Assembly: GCA_965603825.1 (NCBI GenBank)
Contig: CBFDEM010000052.1
Span: forward strand, 372,001 to 436,000
Length of the DNA: 64,000 bases
Origin: Blepharisma stoltei ATCC 30299
Lineage: Eukaryota > Protista > Ciliophora
Direction: 5' to 3'
The notes beneath the pieces are model-generated. The model searched no databases and was not told the DNA's origin. It worked only from the letters and a program-made list of their open reading frames with translations. Made by a program: the position numbers and the translations under genes. Within the stretch, counting starts at the first letter, position 1; each line of letters starts with the position of its first letter. Of this stretch, positions 1 through 12,209 are shown in pieces.

Positions 1-309
1 GAGGTTGTTGATGAATAAATTTGCTTCTGGGTCGCGCTCTTTGCAGTATTTCATGACTCTTATGTGCTTTCCTTTGATGTCAAGACCATTCAATTCAACT
101 CTTGCTGTGTTGGCCTGAATTGGGTCTGTGAAACTCACGAAGGCAAAACCTAATGAAATACGTGTATCGATATGCCGAAGAACTCTAATATAAACCACTT
201 GGCCATACTTTGAAGTTGTTTGAAATAGGTCAGATTCAGAAACACTTGGGTGAAGGTCTCCAATAAAAATCTGAGCTCCTTGATTACTTGCTTTTCCTTG
301 GACTTGCAT
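1..309 (-). CDS. Polyadenylate-binding protein-like RRM protein (5' part; runs off the window start)
   Basis: Manual translation from ATG at 309: MQVQGKASNQGAQIFIGDLHPSVSESDLF...IRVLRHIDTRISLGFAFVSF...ELNGLDIKGKHIRVM...RDPEANLFINNL. Shows RNP2 (IFIGDL), RNP1 (SLGFAFVSF) and the start of RRM2, as in PABP. Not in the ORF track. Confidence 0.8.
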   Translation of the reverse strand, partial: MQVQGKASNQGAQIFIGDLHPSVSESDLFQTTSKYGQVVYIRVLRHIDTRISLGFAFVSFTDPIQANTARVELNGLDIKGKHIRVMKYCKERDPEANLFINNL

Positions 310-927
310 TATTATCCTTAAAGACAAATGCTATAATGGCATCCATTTATCTAAACATTTAGAGCGAAACAATGAGAAGAGGTGGAATCAAGAGATAGGC
401 ATTAGAATAACAGTTAATAATTAATTAAAAATCGATTTTAACAGTAATTTATTATTTATGAAAACAATTTGATTTTATTGAACTAAACTAATTAAAACTA
501 AAAAATATCTTGCTTGGTCAAATATATTGCATATCCCTCAAGACTTTTACACAGAATTTCTATAAATGCTTTTTAGCTTTAAGAAATCATTGTAGTATAG
601 TCAAATCATACATTTTAAAATAAAAGGATTTAATGGAAATAAAAAATCATAATGATTAATATAACTTATTCCACAATCATTACTTAATAATATTAATCAA
701 TAATCAAATCTTAAAAAAAAACCAAAAAGATGCAAAAATCGCAGAATAAAAGCTCTTTCTGAATCTTTAAATAATCATCTCACTTCTAATAAAAATTATA
801 TCATCTCAACTAGGGATGCCCAGAATTGTCTCCATTTACTAAATGTCAGTTAGATTTTTTAAAATTTAAAATAAGTTCGGGGCTCTTTTTTGGGAAAATT
901 ATGCTTAATTAATTATGGTTTATCAGT

Positions 928-1440
928 TTATATTTGTGCAATGATTTCATTGATTGTGTTGATGCAGCCAATTTTAGTTTCTGGCACGATCTTCAAGTCC
1001 CTCAAAGCGAGATCAACCTTTTTCTTCAATCTTGCGAAATTTATATTTTCAGTCATTGTTTTTGGTGTTTCTTTTTCTATTTCTATTTGTTCTTTAATCT
1101 CCCAGCAAACCCTTCTAATTATTTCGTATTTTTGCGGATTTATTCTAAATCGTGCAATTCTGAGATGCTCAATACATTGATTTGTGATCTTGAGCACGAT
1201 TTGCCTTCTCTTCCTATAAAGTATTTTTGCCATAAGGTGTATATGCGAATTCTGTGCTTGGAAGTCAAGCTCAGTGATTTCGTCAGTCATAATAAGCCTT
1301 TCTATACGCTTTCTTGAGTCATCTATTTGCTGCTCGATTGACTGAGTAAGAGTTTGGAGGCATTGTAGCTCTGAGTCCAAATTATCAGATTTTGCGCCTA
1401 AAGTCTTAGCGAATGAAGCCCATCTGTAGAGATCCTGCAT
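928..1440 (-). CDS. Hypothetical helical/coiled-coil protein, 170 aa
   Basis: ATG-TAA ORF with AT-rich flanks; no recognisable motif. Confidence 0.6.
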   Translation of the reverse strand: MQDLYRWASFAKTLGAKSDNLDSELQCLQTLTQSIEQQIDDSRKRIERLIMTDEITELDFQAQNSHIHLMAKILYRKRRQIVLKITNQCIEHLRIARFRINPQKYEIIRRVCWEIKEQIEIEKETPKTMTENINFARLKKKVDLALRDLKIVPETKIGCINTINEIIAQI

Positions 1441-2376
1441 TTTTCTTTAAATTATATTGATAAACGGATACTTCGCTTGAAGTGTTTTTATGCTAACCTA
1501 ATATGGTGCAGGACAAAAATGTTCTGTTAGAGATTTTACTTAGACCGAAAATTATTAAAGAATAAAAGCAAAGAAAGAGGTGATTTTTAAAATCTGCACG
1601 ACTTTGGATACCAGCTAAGAAGTATTGAACTTATATAAAGAGCTTGGCCAAAAAGCCAGTAAGATAAATTAAGCAGATTCTTTATTTTGGATTGCATGCT
1701 TCCATAAACTGTAAATGCTTTTATTTAAGTTTGATATGACTTATCCAAAGTTCTTCAGACTGCTCCAATCATAAAGCTAACGATAACCAACTAAGCAGCT
1801 TCCATTATTTTTAGATTCCGTAAAAACTAATTTTGGATACAAGGCTACCAGGAATCAATTTAAAAGCAAAATTATTTTGTTAAGCTCTGTTCCTAATAAT
1901 TCTCTTAATTTTAATTATTTTATATATCTTTGCGCAGAAAGCTCATAACACTTCAATAAACACCTCAGTTTGGTTTTATTTTTTGCAATTTTTGATTTAT
2001 CACAAGCTCATTTGGGCTGCCTCCCAAAGGATATATATTTTAAAAAATGCAATTGTTCTAAAAATAGAGAAATCATAGCATATTGCAAATGGCTTGGAAT
2101 CCTCCATATTGGCTTAATTTTGGTTATTCGTTATAGCACTCTTGAATAGGGTTTTCTAAAAAATGCTTACCAATCTTAAGTGCTAATAAATAAGTGAATC
2201 TTGCTTGCGAAAATCTCAATTCCAATTAATTCTATAATCAACTATAATTTTCAATGAGAACATTTTCTCCTATCTAGAAAAAAATTGTTTCGCTTTTCAC
2301 GGCTCTTTTATAGAGTTTTGTCTCTTCTATTCAACGGATTAATGCTAAATTTCCCCATTTTCCCATTTATTAGAAA

Positions 2377-3360
2377 ATGTTGTGGCTTTCTCTTTTCTTC
2401 ACCTCATATGTGTCGGCTCAAATGTGCAGAGTCTTATCAATGCAGGGTGGTGCAAGTTTTGGCTCCTATGAAGGAGGAGTCTTAACCGCTATGGTAAACC
2501 TGCTTCCACCTACTGAAGTTCAATACAATGCAGTTGTTGGAATTTCAGCAGGATCCTTAAATTCTCTCCTCCTTGCAATATTCCCTATGGGCCAAGAGCT
2601 GAATGCAACCCAGCTGATTTATAACGTGTATTATAATCTCGACGGTGCCCAAGATGTCTATATCGACTGGAAAGGTGGAGTCATTGAAGGATTGACCTTA
2701 AGAAGTGGGCTTTATAACAACGAGCCATTGAGAAAAACAATTGCAAAATACTTCACATCGTTGAAAAGGAACATTACCGTTGGAAGCTGCAACATTGGCA
2801 CTGGAGAATTTATGACTTGGAATGAAACTGTAGGAAATGCAAATATTCAGGAGGCTGCTATTTGTTCGTCTTCAATTCCAGGATTTTTCCCTATGCAAAG
2901 CTTCCAAGGAAATAACTATGTTGATGGGGGGACGATTTATTCAAATGATATTTTTGATGCCGTGAAGAGGTGTTATGCTGTGACTGGGAATTATTCTTTG
3001 ATTACTGTTGATGCGTTAGCATGCTTTGGTGATAAATTAAATACAGCAAAATCTAATTTGAAATCATTGGAAGTGAAGCTACGAGCTGACGAAATCCGCA
3101 GCTATGATTCAGGTTTAAGTGAGCTTTATTATGCAATGGAGGCGTATCCAGATGTGAATTTCAGATATTATATCCAGCCTAGCGTTTCACTTGGAAAAGT
3201 GCCTTTAAACTTCACCCACGCTGCGTTGATGTACAATTATGATGTCGGTATGAAAGACGCTCAAAATATCATCAACAATAAAATCTTTGCAAGGCAAATT
3301 ATCAATGACTGGATTGCGAAAAATGGTGGTGTCAATAAGCGCGAAACCATCATTATTTAA
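2377..3360 (+). CDS. Secreted patatin-like phospholipase
   Basis: N-terminal signal peptide; Gly-rich oxyanion loop QGGASFGSYEGG, nucleophile elbow GISAG, catalytic DGG. Confidence 0.9.
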   Translation: MLWLSLFFTSYVSAQMCRVLSMQGGASFGSYEGGVLTAMVNLLPPTEVQYNAVVGISAGSLNSLLLAIFPMGQELNATQLIYNVYYNLDGAQDVYIDWKGGVIEGLTLRSGLYNNEPLRKTIAKYFTSLKRNITVGSCNIGTGEFMTWNETVGNANIQEAAICSSSIPGFFPMQSFQGNNYVDGGTIYSNDIFDAVKRCYAVTGNYSLITVDALACFGDKLNTAKSNLKSLEVKLRADEIRSYDSGLSELYYAMEAYPDVNFRYYIQPSVSLGKVPLNFTHAALMYNYDVGMKDAQNIINNKIFARQIINDWIAKNGGVNKRETIII

Positions 3361-3589
3361 TATATTCTTAATGATAAGTAGAAATCACTTAAAATTAATC
3401 TTAAATGCTATTATTCAAGAGAAAAATTTGATTTTATTCATACTATAATTTTATTTAGATTACAAAAGAGGAAGAAATCGCTTTAAATGAGCTAAAAAAT
3501 TAAGATCAATATATTTAAAACTTTTATTACATTTTAAATCTTTTTGTTTAATAGATAAGTTAATTAAAACGTTTACACCATTTTTTAAA

Positions 3590-4453
3590 ATGCAAGATAA
3601 AGCACCTTCCAGACGAGAAAGCAACTCGCCCCAAGCCCCCAGAATTCCTAAATCAAAAGATGCACTTTTTCTATCAGTTCTTAATAAACTCCCTGCAGAA
3701 GAAGACAAGCGCGAAGAGCACAATTTCTTCATAAGAAGAGTAAAGATTATATAGAGAGATATCCCAATAGCTGATCCTTCTTCAAACCCCCGAAACCCTC
3801 CTCCAGTAAAAATTCGTCCTCATAAGCCATCAATAACAAAAGGCCCTTCTGAAGAAAACTCTCGAAAAACTTCCCCAAAACCTCCTGAAGAAGAAAATAA
3901 ACAAATTTACCCTCAGAGAATGAAAAACATTAGGCCAAATCAGCCAAGACAAAAACAATTAAAGCCAGAAAAAGAAGAGCACGCGGTCAACCTTAGCAAT
4001 TTATCAAATATTATTAATGAAATGAAAGATATGCTGGGAAACATGCCCGTTGTAAACGACGCACTTAATAAGTCGACTGAAAATACTGTCTATAGCAAAC
4101 GAAAGTTTAGGAAATCTAGACCTTCAATAGCTCAGCCCAGTCCAAAAGCAAATGTTTCGCGTGAAAAAATTTCTCTTCATGATAAAAGCTTTAAGAACTC
4201 TGAAAAATTTCGACCGTATTTAATGAAGTCAAAACCAAGCAAAAAGATGCTAGCTCCGAGGTTAAGTTCGAGACACTCTATGAATAGGCCGAAAAGCCAT
4301 AAATCTCCAAAGGCACTGCCGAATATAAAACCTAAGTCTTCAATAGATATTGAAGCAATACAGAGCTTCTTTATTGATTTCCATGCTAAAAGTAAATTGC
4401 TGCTTGGGAATCTGGAAAGAAGTGTACTTGGTGATAATAGTGTTTGTAAGTAA
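3590..4453 (+). CDS. Hypothetical basic Ser/Pro/Lys-rich protein, about 282 aa, one 15-nt intron
   Basis: ATG 3590 is in frame with ORF 3920-4453; the only interrupting stop is the terminal TAG of intron 3740-3754. Confidence 0.7.
3740..3754 (+). other. 15-nt spliceosomal intron GTAAAGATTATATAG
   Basis: GT..AG, A at position 10; removal restores the ORF. Confidence 0.8.
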
Positions 4454-4516
4454 TTTTTAATTACCATTTTTAGTTACGAACTTGATTGATTATTATCTTA
4501 AGATATCTCTAAGAAA

Positions 4517-4783
4517 TTATTGTCTCATGGGCCCTAAACCTGTCAAAGGATCTGTGCCTAAAGGTCTTCGAAATAGCAAAATATGAGGCTCTGGATTATG
4601 TATTGCATAATGGACCCATCCTCTACTCTGTTGGACTCCCAAAGTCCTCCACTCTGTTTCTGTTAATAATCGGCTTCTAGGCATTCTTTTATAAACATTC
4701 TTCGGTAAATGCACATGACGGTACTCATAGACATCGTCTTCATACTTTTCTGAATAGTCTATTTCTTGAGGGAAGTGAGGCAT
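4517..4783 (-). CDS. CKS1: Cyclin-dependent kinase regulatory subunit Cks1
   Basis: [19 protein letters not shown]...[21 protein letters not shown]...[11 protein letters not shown] is the canonical CKS sequence. Confidence 0.97.
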   Translation of the reverse strand: MPHFPQEIDYSEKYEDDVYEYRHVHLPKNVYKRMPRSRLLTETEWRTLGVQQSRGWVHYAIHNPEPHILLFRRPLGTDPLTGLGPMRQ

Positions 4784-4975
4784 TTAAATTCAAAATTATT
4801 CTTATCAAAAAATGGAGCTAAATTTTTCTTCTTCTTAGATACCGTTAACAGTAAATTTATTATTTAACAAAGAATGTAAAAAAAAACTTTTATTTGCATC
4901 AAAGTAGAGAAATGTTTGAATGCTAATAAATATGTTGAAAAATATTTAAATGAACGCTAATTAATTAATAGCTAA

Positions 4976-6067
4976 ATGAAGCACGCAAGCCTGATACTAC
5001 TTTTCATAGCTTCATTGGCCTGGACTATGGAAACTTCAAGTTGCTCAAAATTAGTTTGTGGCAGTGCTGGAAGTTCTACTTCAGGAGCTTGTGTAACTGT
5101 GACTGATAAAACTGTCACTCTTAACCCTTGCCCAAGTGCCTCATCATGCGGCGGTAATAGTCAATTTTATGGAGCAGCTAATCACACTTCTGCAGATTGT
5201 AGCCCTGATTCTTCACCAAGCTCAAGTGAAACTACATGCCCAGATTCCTCTAAAGCAGGTACCCTAAATACTTATGAATACTGCTGCCAAAATTCAGATT
5301 GCTACAGCAAAAATTGTGACTCCTCCAAGCATTGTGTAGGAGTTCCTTCACGTCAAACCTGCTCATCAGATTCTCAATGTGAGCCCAATTATTTTTGTTC
5401 CAGCAGTGAATGCATAAAATGTTATAGCGAAGGCGACTCATGCACTGGAGATGTCCAGTGCAAGCTTGGATATGGCTGCAATTACAATGAATGTACAAGA
5501 TATTGGTCCTTAGATAACGGCTCATCAACACAAAGTGCAGTTTTTTGCAAATCAAACTTCATGTATAAAAACTATTGTGACAGCGCTGATATTTATGTAC
5601 AATCAGACAAGCTTTCAGATCCATGAAAATGCACAGTCGGGGATACCTGCACTTACAAATATAATTTTAATGGAGCGACTATAGGAACACAAAGCTGCTT
5701 ATGTGATGGTAAAGGAAGCACAACAGGATATTGCCCAATTTCAAATAGTTTTAATTTGAAAGGATTCGATGATAAGTTTTACCCGAGATTTGCATACACA
5801 AATGGAGACTGTGCTGGCAGCTATGGAAGAAAAACGGATTTAGCAAATGATTTAAGTAGACTTGTTTATTGCAATTCTATTGATCAGGATGGATATAATT
5901 ATTATAGCAGCATGGTATCAATTAAGAAAGCTTGGCCACTTTATAGCTCTGGAGAAATTGATAAATGTGCGTTGGATATGAAAATTTTTGATCCGTCTTA
6001 TAGTATGGGTTCATGGAGTAGTGGCGAAATGCTTCTAATTTCTAGTTTATTTATGATCTTTAACTAA
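4976..6067 (+). CDS. Cysteine-rich secreted/surface protein, probably GPI-anchored, 363 aa
   Basis: Signal peptide, many Cys-spaced repeats, hydrophobic C-terminus. ORFs 4976-5626 and 5756-6067 are joined by TGA(Trp) at 5624-5626 with an open frame between them. Confidence 0.8.
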
Positions 6068-6354
6068 AATAATTGCTTTCTTCAACTAATTTGCATATAT
6101 ATTCTAATTCAACAGCATTGATGACTTTTATTCTAATGCATATCTTATATATAGCAGAGTCTAAAAATGTTGTTATTTTTCCTTGAATATATTAAAATTT
6201 TTTTTCGCCAAATTTTATGACTGATGATTTGAACTCTCTAAAATCTAATGAGAAGACCAGGATTGCGATAAAATAAAAGCTAAACAGTTGTTCTATTAGT
6301 AAATAAATCGCTTAGTTATTATAAAATAAGCATAATCAGAAAAGTCATATAATA

Positions 6355-7104
6355 ATGGAACTCGAGCCGAAATATTTGGAACTTATGAAATGCAGTCATT
6401 GCAAAAAGTATTTAACTCCTCCAGTCAATATTTGTCAAGCAGGCCATTCTTTTTGCAGTGCTTGCTCTTTGGAAAACAGTCAATGCACCATTTGTCCTTT
6501 GACTTCAATGATTTTTCATAATAGTCAAATCGAAGAACTCTTAAAACTCTCATTCTTGGTCTGTACAAATCAGCAATGTGGCCATCTCATTTCTTTATAT
6601 ACTCTGCCGAACCACAAAAAACTTTGTCCTATTTGTCCGTATTTGACCTGCATCTCTGGATGTGGCGAATTTGTTACTGACTTAGGAAATCATTTGATTA
6701 CACAACATAATTGAAATCAAACGAACATAGAAAACTCAGTTGTATTTACAGCAACTGAAACTGAATGAAATACGAACTATGAATGGCCTCTTTCTGTTGG
6801 CCTATTAGAAAAGTATTCAATTTTAATAGCAGCCAAGACAACTAATAAAATGATGCATCTGTGTATTTATAATTTAAGCACAACCGACCTAATTATCAAA
6901 GCAAAAGTGATAAAAAATACAGGAAGGCTAAAATATAAAGGACTAATCCCAGGACTGAAAGAGTATATGAACTCAGACTCTAAATGACCCCACTTCAACT
7001 GTGAAGTAGCTGTACTAATGAAGAGCTTTGCAACAGCTGGAGCAGCCCCTAACCAATTTCAAGTTAGTGTAGATATACAAGTGATTGAAAAACCACAAAT
7101 TTAA
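6355..7104 (+). CDS. SINA/Siah-like RING E3 ubiquitin ligase, 249 aa
   Basis: CSHC..YLTPPV.ICQAGHSFCSAC...CTIC RING followed by SIAH-type zinc fingers. Reads through TGA at 6712, 6766 and 6985 to TAA 7102-7104. Confidence 0.75.
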
Positions 7105-8285
7105 TAATTATTTTCAAAATTTTTGGGTAAATATGCCAAAATTACAGTAATGTCATCAACAGTCGAAGAGTCTTTTTTTATCCACCTAGACCATGCGAGC
7201 GCAGATAGCATCTCTGTAGCTTGTCTTACGTCTCCTTTAAACTTGTAAACATACTCTACAGCTTCTTGGTTTGAGATGAATTCCCATACCCCATCACTGC
7301 ATATTAATACAAATTGATCCTCTTCTTCGACATCAATTTCATAAGTTTCTGGTTCTGAAGAAATCCCAATGCTTTGAAGCATTGTGTCTCCTAATGCTCT
7401 TGTCATTGATAGCCCAGGGCTGTCTTTTCCTTTGAAATACACCCTTTCTGCTCAGTCATTTTTTAATTTTTTTACTTCTCCTCCAGCTCTTTCAATTCGA
7501 TGTTTTTCATCTGCTTCTTCAGGCTTATGGTCTCTTGTTATTGGATGAGCAATAATTTTCCCATTTTCTAGTTTTGCGAGGACGGCTCTTGAGTCTCCTA
7601 CATTGGCTACTATAAGTTTATTTTTTTGGTAAAATACAATAGTTGCAGTTGTTCCTGATAAAATGCAGTTAAACTCAGTTTCTGGCTTGTCACATACATC
7701 TATCAGCTGTTGCTGGCATGACACAAATGTATCTTTTATTGCTTGTTTAGGATTTTCTGCTCAATCTGGATGAGCAATCATTAGGTTTGGCAATCTGCTG
7801 TGTACAAAATTGGAAATATCATGCCCGTACTGACCATGACCATCATATACACTTAGCAAATAGCTCGGCCCATCTATAAGTATGCAGTAGTCATCTTGAT
7901 TTGGCAGATCAGGCTTCATTCCTTTTCTGCAGTTGACCCAGATTCCTGCACTTTGTAAACAAGTTGTTTGAATTTCGCCTTCTATTTTCATGCCTCGTTC
8001 TTCAAACCCTTTTTGAATTTCTGTTGAGTATTGTCCAAGAAACATAGACCTTTGCCTAATCAATAGCAAAGTGCCATGATCCCCTTGCTCAACATTTTGG
8101 AGCGTGTACTTCCTTTTTCTGACTTTTCTTTTTGTTGGGATTTTTGAATCGTTTGCATCAGTTAGTTGCTCAACTTGTTTTTGGGAAAATTCCATTGTAA
8201 GGCGAAGCTTGTTATTTCTGCTAGCATTGCTGTCGGAAATCTCGGCCGGTTTTATACGTTTTGATTTCGCGACACAGCTACCCAT
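7101..8285 (-). CDS. Protein phosphatase 2C (PPM family), probably N-myristoylated, 394 aa
   Basis: NQDD, VYDGHG, SGTTA, ANVGDSRAVL, DHKP, GLSMTRALGD, CSDGVWE and DDIT motifs. Three ORFs joined by TGA at 7761 and 7452. MGSC N-terminus. Confidence 0.93.
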
Positions 8286-8597
8286 ATTGAAAATATTTTA
8301 ATGCAATGAGCTGTGGATCAAAATGAATTTTAATGATATGTAATAAATGCCGAAAAATAGCTGTAATCAATAATTGAAACTAGTTAGCTTTAGGATTAGA
8401 TTTAGGGCTAAGAAGATCAAAAGTAAAAAATGGTCTATTTAGATAAATTATTCAATTTTTATAATGATTCTTATAAAATGTTTGGATGTGTTAAGATTAA
8501 TAAAATAAATCTTTATAAAGTTTTGATTTATTAAAGATAATATGAAATATAACTTCTATTACCCCAACCCAAAATTAAAAAATTTCCATTAATTACA

Positions 8598-9530
8598 ATG
8601 CAAGATGATAGAAGCTGCTCGAGTGATAAATCTTCTTCAAGGACAAGTTTATCAGAAAATAAAACCATAAAGAAAAGTATAGTTGAAAGAAGAATGGAAA
8701 AAATGTTCAAAAATAATCCGATTTTCTTGAGACGAAACATAAAAACTTCTCGATTTCGTGGGACTCAAGTTCCTGAATATGAAGTTAGGATGGAAAAAAG
8801 AACTGATAAATTTATTTCCAAAAGAATAACAGGCTTAAAATGCACCTTATGCAATTTACAATTAAATTCATTTGAGGCCTTAGTTTTTCATTATTATTCT
8901 TTACACACTTATTTATGTTTTTTTGACATGTCAATATCCCCTCATATTATTTATTTATTTCTTCCAAACCCAACACCTAATAGAAAAAATATTGTTTTAA
9001 TTGACAAAAGGTCATTATTGATAAAAATCACAGAAATTGTTAAGAGATACAACTTAGAATCTACCACCATTCCACCTTTAATCAAGTCTAAAATAGAGAA
9101 AAATTTTGGAAAACAAAAAGACAAAAAGCCCAAAAATAAAAATATGTCAAAGCGTATCTATTTTCACTCTATCACTGGCGAACCTTTTGATCCAAATGAA
9201 ATACAAGTCGACTCGGAAGAAGAAATAAACGATGAATGAATAAGAAAAAGTGAAGAAAAAGAGATCAACAGCTATGAAAACATGAATATCGAAGACAAAG
9301 AGTTTTTTAAACTTTGAAATTCACATATCCATGATAACTATAAAATTCCTGCAGATTTTTTGATGAAAGATGCATGCCTTACTTTCATAGAAAAATATCA
9401 ACTAGGGATAGCTAGCTTCAGAACACAGCTTACTTTGCATATAATAACGATGTGGGATTACAATATCTTAACTGGTGATGATATGCTATATATAATGCAA
9501 AAATTATTATTTGCAATTGAAAATCAATAA
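8598..9530 (+). CDS. SUZ12: Polycomb PRC2 subunit SUZ12-like (ZnB motif, C2H2 finger, VEFS box), 310 aa
   Basis: NPIFLRRN, C2H2 finger CTLC..HYYSLH, then RIYFHSITGEPFDPNEIQVDSEEEINDE-W(TGA 9237)..EDKEFFKL-W(TGA 9315)-NSH..IPAD..MKDACLTF..LTLHIITMWDYNIL, matching the VEFS box. TAA at 9528-9530. Confidence 0.85.
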
Positions 9531-9630
9531 TAGCATAAGATGTTAATCGAATCCTATTTCAATATTAATTTCTTTGACTAAATTATATAAATGGTTCTGT
9601 TATTTTAATGAAATAAATATTAATATGAAA

Positions 9631-11712
9631 TTATAAATTAATTCCTAAATTAATAGCTGCATCAACTTTCCATGCTTTAGGGAGAAATTTTGGACTCATA
9701 GTTTCAATAAAATTTACTCTCCATCTATTAATAAATTCCTGCAAATCTCCCACCTTTTCTAAAACTCTAATCCCATGCATATTGCTACTTTGCTTTTTTC
9801 AGTTCACATCTCCATGCAAATTTAAAATCTCTTGAGTATTATTTTCTTGAGCTAAAAATTCAATTAGGCCATTCTTATTTTCATTAATATCACATTTTAG
9901 TTTTTCTTCAACAAGAAGCTTATACTCTTCATTTCCATTTAAAAAGTCCATAACTTTTGCTTCTAATTCATTTTTTTTATCATTTGGCATTTTTTCTCCA
10001 TGTTTTAGCAGCTGAATGCATACTTTTTGAGTTGATTTTAAGTCTCTATTAATCTTATGCATTTCTCCAGTTTCATATAAAGGAACATTATACTCAACTG
10101 ATATTTTTTGCTTTAAAATTTCGCTAAATTTATTAGCTTGTTCATGATGAGGGATGCATAATTTTACAACATCATGACATCTATGAGACTTATAATTATC
10201 TGGAAAAGCTTGTCTATATAATAGAGGAACAACGTGATACTTTAAATAGTCTCCTTTAAACCCACACACTACGCATTTTTTCTTTTTTTCTACTGTATAA
10301 GCTGATGGATGAACTGATATGTCAGAATATCCATTACCTTTAGGCTCGAAATTTAGTCTGATTATTTGTGGGTCTTTTTCGATAAGAGTTGCAAGCCCTT
10401 TTTCTAAATATCAATTTGATTTAGATTTAGAAGCGTAGCAAAGCACACTGCCATTAGGTGCTTGGATTTCATAATTTTCATGGTCTCTTGTCCCTTCAGG
10501 GGTTTTACCAAATAGCTTGTTTCTATTGTTAATTTTTTTATTATTTCTTTGATTTTTGATATCATCATTTCCTATTAATTTGTATGGAATTTCTAAACCT
10601 TTTGCTATTATTTCAAATATATCATTTACTGAGCTTTTTATTATAGGAATCTTGGCGCTATCATTGATTAATTTTTTTAACTGCTTTAAATTTCTGGGCC
10701 TTTCAACTGCAATATTAACCAATATATCTGTAGGACACATATAGTGGCAGCTTTCATCAAGCTCAGCTGCTATTCTATCTCTTAGTTTAAAAAGTTCAAA
10801 TAAAATATATTGTGTTTGTGCATCTAAAGGTTGCTTGCAATATTTTTTGAATGCCTTTTCACATATTTCACTATTAATTTCTTTTAAGAAATATTCGTTT
10901 TTGCATATTTCATTTGTTTCTTTCCTTATTATCCTCAGCTGCTCCTCTGATAATAAATTTGTAGTAATAGACATTAAATATATCATATAATGGGAATCCC
11001 TAGCTGCATATTCTATCATTTCTTTCTTTAAAGGTCTCAGCCTTCAATCAGAAGTTTGAAATTTAATTTTCTCTTCAGATGTCATTTGATAATTACAGTA
11101 AGCGCTCCATAAGGAATTTAAGCCTAAATTTTTGAAATTTAATAGTCTCGCTGCTATTTGTGTATCATATACATTTACAATACAAATCCCAAAGTCTCGT
11201 TGAAGCCATTGTATGTCGTTACTGCAGGCATGCAAAACTTTGCAAATATTTTGATTTTCTAAAACAACTGAAAGCTCAGGGATATATTTCCGAAGCTTTA
11301 TTGCATCAAATAAATAAGTGAATTCAGGAGTAGATATTTGTATTAAGCAAATAAACCCTAAATAAGATCTTAATCTATGCTCTTCTACATCTAAGCCTAA
11401 AACTTCATAGTTTTTTAATATGTTTAATGCTTCATGAAATTGCTGTTCTTCTGTGACTAAAATTATTGTTGAAGTATCAAGGTGTTTTAATTCATAATTA
11501 ATTTTTGAATAAGGAGTAATAAAATTATCTATAAGTAAGTTGAATTCTGATCTCTTCTGAGGCGATATCTTTGATAAATGATCTTTATAAAAGCCTATCG
11601 AATAATCTTTGAAAAATTGCTGCGGTTTCTGGTGAATCGTATGATTTTTTCTTCGATAAAAAATGACATATGCTAGAATGATCAAAATTATTGTAAAAAT
11701 AATTGCAAGCAT
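9631..11712 (-). CDS. RRP6-like 3'-5' exonuclease (N-terminal TM, DEDDy, HRDC, EXD2-like C-terminal Cys/His domain), 693 aa
   Basis: LDVEEHRLRSYLGFICLIQIST, KVLH..NDIQWLQRDFG..YDTQ, D-W(TGA 11044)-RLRPL..MIEYAARDSHY, HRDC (RDRIAAELDES), W(TGA 10411)-YLEKGLA, CVVCG..HVVP..YR..FP...KSHRCHDVVKLC. TAA at 9631-9633. Confidence 0.85.
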
Positions 11713-12209
11713 TTAATATTAATTCGATAATTTATATGTTTTCCATATTTATTTGAAGTCCATTTTGGGAGATAGACTTCATATTGAATTATAATAAATA
11801 TGTGATAGAGATTCAATATGATGAAATAAACCTTCTTTCCCCGTATGAAAAATGATTCGAACGAAGTTCTGAAAATTATATATGTATAAGCTTTTTAGCT
11901 TAATTTTTAAGCTCAATAAGCACTAATAAAGAATATTATAATATTAAAGCTTAAGATAGTAGTAAATGTTATAAGGAAGAATGAAAGCTTATAAGACTTG
12001 AACTCAGGCTGCTTATTTATTGCAGATTGTGATAAAGGTGATGACTTAGAAATTAGACTTTTATATATAATTAAATTTCTCAAAGGCTTGATTCTTATAA
12101 AACTTTAAGCTTTTTTATTATGCATTAGATATCCTAGCCCAAAAAACAAAGAAAAAGCAATCAAATCGAATATTGATTTAATTATTTATGAATTATGATT
12201 TAATTCAAT

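Noticed and set aside
284-346. 20-codon upstream ORF overlapping the PABP-like start (- strand)
   Set aside because: No fitting micro-intron links it to the main frame, and it may lie outside the short 5' UTR; chance cannot be excluded.
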